This document shows positions 50,701 through 60,700 of a DNA stretch of 64,000 bases, one piece after another. The notes under the pieces are model-generated. The model worked only from the letters and a program-made list of their open reading frames with translations, was not told the origin of the DNA and did no database searches. How positions within the stretch are numbered: position 1 is the first letter of the stretch; each line of letters opens with the position of its first letter. The stretch comes from Protoeuglena noctilucae (lineage: Eukaryota): assembly GCA_958009085.1 (NCBI GenBank), contig OY253669.1:992001-1056000 (forward strand), given 5' to 3'. A program made the translations under genes and the position numbers.

Positions 50701-53700
50701 GCGTAGAAGGGCCTCCATTTGCGTGGCGGCCATGCCCGGGGCGCTGCTGGCCAGGAGCGAGATCACGCACATGGCGTTCCTGGCCGCCACCGGCTCCCGC
50801 ACCCGCAGCGCCACCTCCCACAGGCTCGCCAGGACGTTGTTGCCCACGCCGCCCTTGGCCGCCACCCCCTGCAGCACCGACTCGAGCGCGGCGAGCTCCC
50901 CGACCGTGGCGGCGCCTGCCAGCGAGCACAGGCCGCGTGCGACTGACATCGAAGCCTCGACGGCGGACAGCGGAGCGCCCGCGGCGGGCGTCGGCGGGCA
51001 CAGGAACATGTGCTGGAAGGCCTGCGGTGGACGAGACACTGTGCTGTTGGCACCGGAGCCTCAGCAGGGGCGGCGCCTGGGCAGTTGGCGAGTCGCCAAG
51101 TCGAGGTGGCTCGCAGCCTCAGTACTGGCCAGAAGCACATTATACATTCCTTTGGGGTGGCACATGACTTATAACATATCTAGGAATGCGCATCCGCTGC
51201 CACTCGCCTCGATGACGGCCTCTTTGACCGCCTGCTCCCGCGAGAAGACGAGGGGCAGCGTCCGCTTGGCGGCCTCCTGGGCGCCCTCGATGTCGAAGCT
51301 CTTGGCCAAGACGATGAAGGTGATGGCCTCCGTCACGTCGCTCGTCGTGCCGCTGGCCAGCAGGTCCGCAGCCAAGGCCATACCCGCCGCCAGCCGCCTG
51401 CGTAAGGTGAATGCCAACGTCAGGCAGGCAGGCATGGCAAGCGTGGCGTGGGCCCGGAGCGCATGCAATCGCGGCTTCCCTTGCCACAGCTGCTGCCACC
51501 GGCCCAGCTGGCTCAGCTCACTTGACGAAGTCCACCGCGGTCTTGAGCGACGCCACGATCGCTCGCTCCCGCTGCAGCTCCGCGTCCCCCTCCGCCGTCG
51601 GTGCGTCCCGGCGCTCCCTCTGTGCGCTGTTTCCCACCGCCGGCTTCTCCTCGGGCTCGGGGAACCCTGCCTTGGGCCCTGGCGTGCCCATCGCCACGTC
51701 ATCGTCCTCCGCGCCTTCCCGGCCGTCGGCGCCAGCCTCGCCCTCTGCCGCTTTGAAGGGCTCCGCGCGCAGGAGGTCGTCGGCGGTCTTGCTGCGGGCG
51801 AAGACGAGGGCCGGGTGGTTGAGGTCACATCTTACAACCCCACATCTCATGGCAGCGCACGCTCCCTGGCGAGGGGTTAGTCCCACTGCACCGCCCGGAC
51901 TCAAGCTCACTTGACCTCCTCGAGTCGCGCGAGCGTGTCAGCGTGGGTCGCCAGGGCGCCCTCCAGCATGGCCAGGTGCAGGTTGCGGCCGAAGGGGTTG
52001 TTGAGCACCATCTCAGCCAGGCATTGCAGCGCGGCCCGGCGGACGTTGCTGGCCTTGTCGTGCACCCGCGCCAGCGCCAGCGTGGCCACCTCCACCCAGT
52101 GGCTGATCGGGATGCAGTGCTGCTTGGCCAGCATGCCCCACGCCGCCATCGTCCTGGCTCGCGTGTAAGCAGACGAGTCCCGGGTCCTGCAAGCGGGCGC
52201 AGGTGATGCCGGAATCGACACGTACGGCCAATAACTGGTCCTTGTGTGGTATGTCCACTCCAAGGCGACGCCGACTGCGCAGTTACCCGCTCCCAATCAG
52301 TCCTCACGCACGCCTCGGCATCGCAACCGCGGTATCTCTCCAGTACTATCCATCCGCTCGCGCTCACCTGGCCATGAGCGACTCGAGGAGGTGCTGCACG
52401 GTGCGCGTGCGGGCCACGGCCTGCGCCGTGGTCGTCTCTGGCACGGGCAGCCCCTCGGCCACATGTTGCTCCTTGAGCCTCCGGTCCTCGTCAATGCCCC
52501 ACAGCACGGCGGCCATCGCTGACACCACCGCGGAGCGGATCGTGTACGACTCCCCGCCCAGGTGCGGCACCAGGAGCGCTGCGAGCGGCAGAGGGGTGGC
52601 CGGGTTGAGATGGGGCAGGGCGGTGGCGTGCGAGTGGATGGACTGGTGTACATGCGGGACCGCAATTTGTCAGACGGCCAGGCTCACCCATGTTGGTGCA
52701 CATGGCCTTGGGCATGAGGGTGGCCAGCTCCTGGATGAACGTCGCCACGTTGCGCACCCCGCTGCTGTCCGCCAGCTGCTGCTTCTTGTACTCCCTGCGG
52801 GTGCGAAGAAGTGCACAGGAGCTCGCTTGGCATTGGCCTGGCATCGGCCGAGTCAGTGGCTGTGCCCAGGGGCAAAGCCATGAAACACCACATACAGGAG
52901 GCGTAAAGTGTTGCTTGGGCTCTCCAGCTTTCGCTCACCGTGGGTCCACCTCGCAGACGAGGTTGAGGACGGCCAGCCCCAGCCCGGGGTCCTCGTAGCA
53001 GCGGTTGGCGTAGGCCGACAGCTGTGCCACGACCGGCGCGGCGTGCTCGTGCTTGGACACCAAATCAAACAGCGCTGCGGGCAGGCGGGAGGTGGGCGTC
53101 GCTCGCGCATGGCCCGGTCCGGCGCCCGACATCCACGCGCAGCGGCCAGAGCGGCGCGTGGCGCACCGGCTGAGATCGGCTCGACCATCTGGTAGCGTGC
53201 AGCGAGCGCCGACACGACCGCAAAGGCCGACTCGCGGCACTCGACGCTCTTCATGGCTTCGGGCGAACGCAGGAGGTCCATGCCAGCGTGGAGGAGGCGA
53301 GCCAGGAGGCGCTCGGGGGGGCGCTCAGGGCTGAACAGCGCCCAGAGGTCCACAGCAGCGGCAGTGGTGAGGGAGCGGGCCGACTTGTCGCGGGTCAGCT
53401 GCCAGTCCCAGCCCGCGTGGGCCACCGCTTTCTTCTTGCCGCGCCTGGGAGCGGAGAAGTTGAATGTTGCGATCAGTGCCGGAGCTGGGAAGCGTGCGTT
53501 TGGCATCCCCCAGCACAGTGCGCGGTGGTCAGCCTCACTTGTTGGCCGCGGGTGCTTCGGCCGCTTGGGCCTTCGAGTGCTCTTCCTCGCACTGCGCTGC
53601 GGCCCATGTGAGGAGCATCACGTGCACCTGGAGCACGTCGGCGTGCTCGTTCACCGCGTCCCGGCCAGCGCTCGGCGCCCCGGACAGGGCGACGGGACAG

Positions 53701-54223
53701 GACGCGCCAAGCACCGACAGAGAGGTGCACAGGCAGTCAAAGAAGCGGGAACGCTGCGGGGGTCGAGGGCATCGAACGGTCGTGGCTTGAGGCGCGGGGT
53801 GTGTCGTTCATTCGGATTTGCAAGACGTGCAAGCTCGCAGAAGACGAGGTTCGGACATGCAGGAAGTCCTCACCTGATCCGGGGATAGATAGAGGAAGCC
53901 CTGCACCAGTGAGAAGACCTGGTCAAAGACATCCTGCTCCAAAACGCTCGCCGACTCGCCGGTTGCCAGGGCATGGACCGCCTCTGAGCGAGGGGAGGGA
54001 GGCGTGCGGGTTTCGGCACTGAGACGTGGAGCTTGCTTGCGCCGGTATCGGCTGCGCGGGTCAGCGCAAAGGCAGTCCGCGCGTGCGGCGCACCTTCCAC
54101 GAGCGCATCGAGCTCCTTCTTCCCCAGGCCCGAGACGTCCACGCCGCTCTGGACGCGGAGCGTATCGCCCTCCCCGGTCTCGAGGAGGTCCTCGGGCTTC
54201 TCCGGCAGGACGAAGCGCGCCAT
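47715..54223 (-). CDS. NCAPD2: Condensin I HEAT subunit CAP-D2 (Cnd1/NCAPD2)
   Basis: PHLGGESYTIRS; RDSSAYTRAR; RVHDKASNVRRAA...NNPF; ALLALCKMM; GDLAFRFPNVLEPYT; VRRTSLMVLTHLILNDMLKVKG; IYNLLPDILS; LVEKLC. Many exons. Confidence 0.93.
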
Positions 54224-54566
54224 GGTGGCCGCGCGGACGCGATTGTTAGTGCACCTGGCGGGCCGTCCCGTTCAAAGCCCACGCGATGCCACGCGCGGGA
54301 GGAGCCCCCGCTGACGCTATCTTCTTATTGGTCAGACCCTCGACGGGCCGACGAGCTGGGCGTCGCGCGTCCCTGCCGGGTTCGCGGCGGACGTTGCTCG
54401 GCAGTGTCACGAGGGAATATACCGGCACCAACGAACAAATCAAAGGCGAAATATCTATCATGGAGGCGGTGGGCGACCGCAGCGAAGCCTAGCCCGCGGT
54501 TTGACCCGCCAGTGGGCACGTTTCAAGCCCTTTGCGACCAGCGATGGGCGGAACCGAAGCCCTGGT

Positions 54567-54574
54567 GCGGGAAA
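54567..54574 (-). promoter_or_regulatory. E2F-like motif TTTCCCGC upstream of CAP-D2
   Basis: GCGGGAAA on the + strand ~345 bp 5' of the CAP-D2 ATG, in the divergent CAP-D2/ENGase intergenic region. Confidence 0.3.
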
Positions 54575-54775
54575 CTGCCTTTGTGCAATACCGCGGGGCC
54601 CGCGACTGAGTGTCTTTCCCCCGCGTGCCGCTTTTTAGTAACTAGGACTTTCAGGGAGTTGGTTGCGCTGTAAGCGCGGTGCTCTTTGCTCCTGCTTTGA
54701 TAATGCGCGACTTGCTGGTGCGGATGGGCGGCAAGGTGCGCGACGCTGCGCTGTGAGCAAGAGACAAGCAGAGAC

Positions 54776-57700
54776 ATGGACGACGCGGCCTCCCTGCTGG
54801 ACAGAGGGCTGAGCATACGCTCTCACCCGATCGATGGGAAAAACTCGGACTCGGATGAGAACGACGTGGGCTTCATCGCGCCATGTGAGCCGTGGAATGA
54901 GCCGTGTTCCGCGTCGACGCCTGTTCCACGCCTCCTGGCCGTAATACTCGCCAGGCTGCTTGATGCCGTCGTCGATAGCTACCAAGCTTGCGAGACTGAC
55001 AATCCCTCACTCCCGCAGCGCGCGCGGCGGGGAGGGAGGCCCAGACGTTCGTCTACACCGCGCGGGTGATGTCTGCGGAGGCCGGGCCGCTCCTGCCCCC
55101 GCCTCGCATGGAGCCGCTGCGCACCGTCCAAGAGGTCATGCAGTGGCAACCGGGCGTGCGGCCGGGCGACTACTTCTGCAGCTCCAGCGTGGAATTGCCG
55201 AGGGACGCGGCGTCTGTGGCGGCCATCTCCGTGCCTGGCCGGCCCCGGCTGCTCGTCTGCCACGACATGATGGGTGGCTACCTGGGTGACGCCCTGACCC
55301 AGGGATGCCCCGACCCCGACGCCTACAAGGTCACCGCCTGGGCCCTCGTAGACACGTTCATGTACTTTTCGCACCACCTATGCACCATCCCTCCGCCCGG
55401 CTGGACAGACGCCGCGCACCGCCACTGCACGCGGGTCCTCGGCACCTTCATTTCCGAGTGGGACGGCGGGGCAGCCGAGTGCGCCAGGGCGTTTGCGACC
55501 GCGGAGTCCGCGGCTGCCCTCGCAGAGAAGCTCGCAGGTGACTGGCTGCCCCGGCCCCTGTCTCGCGAACACCCCTCGCATGACACCTGGCTTACAAAGA
55601 AGCATGGAATCAACTTTGTCTTGCACTCGTCGTGTCACCTCCGTCTTGCAAACTCTCGTGAGACCACCCCAACCCCATGAACACTGGCCCCATGGTGTGA
55701 GCCCCCGCAGAGATTGCGGAGTACTTTGGTTTTGACGGATGGCTGGTCAACATTGAGAACGCGCTGAGCGAGGAGGGCGTGCGGAACATGCAAGTCTTCC
55801 TCACCCGCCTGACGCGGCTGATGAAAGAGGTGCACCCGCTGGGGCAGGTGCTGTGGTACGACGCGGTGACTGTCACGGGGCAGCTGAGGTGGCAGGACAC
55901 GCTGAACGACGCCAACCGGGCCTTCTTCGACTGCTGTGACGGCATCTTCACCAACTACACGTGGCGAGGTGCGTGGCTGGCTCAGCTACATCGACGCAGC
56001 ACAGGCTTGCTAGCCCGTCGTCGGCGGCATTCGGAAACGTGGAGGATTCTCCATGCAACGCAGAGAGCACGCTCGACCAGCTTGCGGAGGCAATGGCTGA
56101 GCATCCCCGGGCCGCGGACGTGTATGTGGGCGTGGATGTGTTTGGGCGTAACACGAGCTACCAGGGCGGGGCAGAGTCTGACCAGGCCGTCCGCGCCGTG
56201 GTCTCCCGGGGCCTCTCCTGCGCCCTCTTCGCCCCCGGTGAGACGCATCGCTGCTTGCCCTGACCTCACCTATTCTCTGCTGACCCTGGCACCGCCACAT
56301 GACATGACTGCACCACCATTGCTGCATTGGACTTTCTTCACTCGATCTCTTGCGCAGGGTGGACCCACGAGTCGGCTCCGATGGCCGGCGACCCACCCCA
56401 GCGCGAGTGGCGTGCCAGGGATGCCACCTTCTGGGACCGCATCCGCCGCTGCATGCGGGTGCCGCGCACGCTCGCGTGCTCGCTGCCCTTCCACACGAAC
56501 TTCTGCCGAGGGGGCGGGCGGTCGTGGTTTGACCAGGGACGCAAGGTCCGCGCCATGCCGTGGTGGTGCCTCTCCGCCCAGTCGCCGCAGCCCCTCTGCG
56601 GCGGCGCTGCCGAGGCCACCACCTGGAACGCAGGCACACGCCACCAGCAGACCGTGCGGGCCCAGCTGTCCGACCGGGTGAGAGCCGCGATTAGCAAAGG
56701 GCCTTGCTATGCTCATCAAGACACCTAGCTCCACTAAAGCGACTGGGACCCTATGGACGTCGATCATGTGCTAGCAAGCGTCAGCTTGTGGAGTTCGGTG
56801 CGTTCCGTTCCCTTTTGTTGACGGATGTGGAATGTTTGACTAGTTCCTTTTACTGTAATCACCCCAGGTGGCCTTCGACGGGAGCGACAGCCTCGAGCTT
56901 TCCGGCGTCATCCCGTGCGGCGCCCGCGTCGAGTTCCGACTCTTCACGACGGGCATCGCCCTGGAGCTCGACAACGCCGGACTCGCTGCGTCCTACACCG
57001 CGCTCCTCACCGCCTCCTCGGACCTGTGGCTCACGCTGTGGATCAGGTGCCAACCGTGCACTCACGTCGCCATCCGATCCTATGACTGATAGACATCACA
57101 TGATGATCTCACAGCGACTGCCGCGGCTCTGGAGACCAATCAGTGAAAGCTTACTGCCACAAGGCTCTCCCGCACGCAGCTTCACGGACCCTGTGCACCC
57201 GAACACGCCTCCGTCCGCCTCCCACCCCAACGGCGCCGGCGCCGCCCTGCGGCAGCCCCACTGCCTCATCCTGCGGGGCGAGGTCGCAGACGCAGACGGG
57301 ACCTTCCGCGGCGCTGTGCTGGGCCCGGATGGGGAGGCTCCGATGCTGGCGACGACGGCAGAGAGGACCGTCTTTGCGCAGTCCAGCCAGGACGAGTGCG
57401 GCGCTCACGAGTCCGCCACGGCCGCCCTCTCCGGTGCGTGTCTCGCTTCTATGTAACTGTGCGAAACTGTCAGCTGAAGCATCATGCGCTAGCTAACTGC
57501 AGCCGCATACCCCGGCGCTGACCCGAGACTCTGCCCCGTCCCCTGCCCCCGCAGAGGCCCTGCAGCGCGCCGCGAAGGCCATCCGCCGCGGCGTGGCCCA
57601 GAGCGGCTCCTACATGGCCAGGGCGAGGGCCGCAGAGGCGCGAACGGGCCCTGGGCCCACGGCGTGGGTGCGCTGGCGTTACGTGGTCTCCGAAATGCAG

Positions 57701-60700
57701 CTCCGCGCCGCCCTGGCCATGCCGGAGGAGATGCCCCTCTCCGCGCTCTCCGTCACCGCCGTCGGCGTCATGTGCGTCCCCACCGCCCTGCATCCCCCGG
57801 GCCCCGGCGTCTCATCCCTGGAGCCCTTTGCCGCCTTCCTCAGGTCCCTGAGCCTCGCCCCCGCGACCCCCGACCTCGCGCGGGGCTCCCCGCCCGCCCA
57901 TGCGTCCGTGGCCGTCACCGACCCCTCCTGCCACGCCGTGTCTCTCGTGGCAGCCCCCGGGGTGGCCATGCCGGTTAGGGTCGAGGGCGGACCGGAGACG
58001 GGCGCTCCCTGCCCCGAATGCACGCTGTCCCTGGACCTGAGGTGGGACCTGCCGGACCCAGAGACCCACCCGCGCCTCCCGGGCCCCGACGTCCTCCTCA
58101 CCCGCGTGCTCGTCTACCTGGAGGGCGACCCCACGCAGGCCAAGGCCGCGGGAGCCGCGCCCTTCTCAAACGGGGCTAAGGAGACCTCAGAGATCGCTCT
58201 GGGCCCCGCCAGTCCCACGGCACGGCCACGCAGCGCCGCGCCCACGCCCGCCTCTGCGCCCGCGCCCCGCACGTCGGATCGGCCGGGGTCCTCCGCCGTC
58301 GCCAGCCGCCTGGGCCCCGCCCGCTCGGTGGCGCCTGCCACGTCGGTCCGGGCCGTGCACGCGACGCCGGCCACGGACCCGCTGGCCTCGCACCCCGAGC
58401 AAGGCGACCACGTCTTCGGCCGCCCCAGGCGCAGGGGATACGCCACGGGGCCGCGCGCGCAGGCCCACCGGCCGGCGATGGCGGGACCCGACAGCCCCAC
58501 CGCCGCCCCGTTCAGCGCCCCTGTGCCGCGCTTCATGCTGCCCACGGCCTCCGCACTGTCCAAGGCGGGCCCGGCGGCCCGCATGCCTTCGGGCATCCCT
58601 CCAGAATCCCTCCCGCGCCTGAGGGGTGCGAGCGGCGCGACGTCCTCGGGGCGCCCGAGCCCCGCACGCAGCCGAGCAGGGTCGCAGCTCCGCGAGCGAT
58701 CGGGTCCCCGCGCGCGGCAGGACAGCCCCATCGTGGCCGCCCTCGACTTGGCCGGTGCGCCGTGGGCGTCCGCGCCCGCACGCGCGCTCCCGATGGACGG
58801 GGGGCAGAGCCAGGGTTCCGCAAACGAGGCCGCCCGCCGCGCCCACGCCGGCGCCGGTGCGGGCGCGGACGACGTGGGCGACCGGGTGGTGCAGCGGCAG
58901 CTCCTGCAAGAGTTTCTGGAACTCGAGCGACTCACACAGGCACCCAAGGGTGCAGGCACGGGTGCGGGGGAGGAAGCATCGGCGCTGCGGCTGCGGGGCG
59001 GGCACCGCAGCGAGGCGGGGAGCTCGTGCGCAGGGAGCGATGCGGGGGAGGGCCAGGAAGCGGCCGCGTCCGAGTACGGCCCCGCACCGTCGTCGGTCGC
59101 CTTCAAGGCTGTCACCTCCCCGGGACCCTCACTGGCACCGTCGCGGCCCTGGGTCCCCTCGGGAAACGCCCGTTCGCTCCGATCGAATGCCTCAGCAGGT
59201 GCGGAGAGAGCCCAGGGACGTCCGCACCCGGCGGCCGTGTACGTCGTTGCCCCAGCAGCGTCCCCGCCGCGCCCCGCCACGCCCACCCGCGAGGCATCCC
59301 GGGCAAGTCTCGGCACGGGCACCTCGGCGCCTGCCCACGTTTGCGGGGGCGCCGCTTACCCGGTGCACGAGTGCCCGGCATGCTCGGCAAACGTGTCCGA
59401 GCACGCGGTGCGGCCGAGGGGCAGCGTTACCGAGTCTTCCGTGCGCCCTGCGTCCCCGACGCACTGCGAGGCGCGGGCCGGTCGCCAGGGCGGCGCGGAG
59501 GGCGTCGGGGTGCGGTCGTGGCCTCGGCGGACAGCCGAGGGTGCAGAGGCGGGGTCAACGAACGCCCGCCGCCTGACTTACACGTCAGCCCTGGACAGGA
59601 TGGTTGCTGGCATCGCGGCGGTGTCGCAGGAGCGTGATCCGGGCACTGCAGTGCGCGAGGAGACGGGTGTGGGGATGATCTGTGGGGCCGAAGGCGGCGA
59701 GGGCGGAGGGGCCGGGGTGGAGGGCTCGTGGGAGGTGGAAGGGGCGCCGCGGGGGGCAGAGAGGGATGGGCTGCCGAAGATCTCGGCCGGTGCGATGGGA
59801 GTCGAGGGTGGGGTGGCTGTGGGCGGGGAGGGTGGGAGTCACACCGCGTGTGAGGATGCAAGCGGTGCGGCTCATGTTCGTGACACGGAGGCGAGGGGAG
59901 GGGCTAGTGTTGGGGCGGGGCGGCTGCCGAGCCTTGACCCTGGAGAGAAGGGTCGCCCGCCCATTGAGCCTGGCGAGCTGGGAAGCACGGGTGGGGTGGC
60001 GACGGAGCCAGGCGAGCGCCTGGGCCAGGCGCATGATGGGTGCGTCGTGGCGAGCCTGCATGAGGAACAGAGCGTGGAGAGGGCCGGGGCTTTGCTGTCT
60101 CGTCAGGAAGCAGGAATCGGGTCCCATGACTCGCCAGCCGGCGCAAGGGTGGAGATGGAGGCCCTTGCAGCGACTGTGGACGGCACGACGTCAGCCGTGG
60201 CAGTGATGCAGCCGTCGGTCGAGGCGATGACCGATGCCCCATCGACTGTGCTGATCAGAGACCCGGTCGCTGCTGCCGCGGGCACCAGTGGGGGTGACGA
60301 TGTGGGCTCGGATGCTCTGCCTGAGCAGGGCTGTGAGCTGGGCGCGGATGTGGGCCCTGAGGCGGGTGCGGCGGTGGAGGGTGTCTTTGGGGTGGTGGGT
60401 GTGGTGATGAAGGGCCCTGGTGCAGTGGAGGATGCCATTGGGGAGGGTGCTGTGGTGCAGGGTACCCTGGGGGAGGGTGCTGTGGTCGATCATGCCGGGG
60501 TGGTGGAGAGCGATGTGGCGGGAGAGCGCGAGGAGGGTTTGAGGGGCACTGCAGTGATCGTCGAGCATCCTGACGCTGCTTATGCTTCCACGGCAGAGGC
60601 GCCGGTAGGGGTCACGGGGGTCGCTGGGGTGGCCTCTGCTCCCCGTGACGCTGACGTGAAGAGCGAGGGCGTTGCAGAAGCACGGGCCACAACCACGGGC

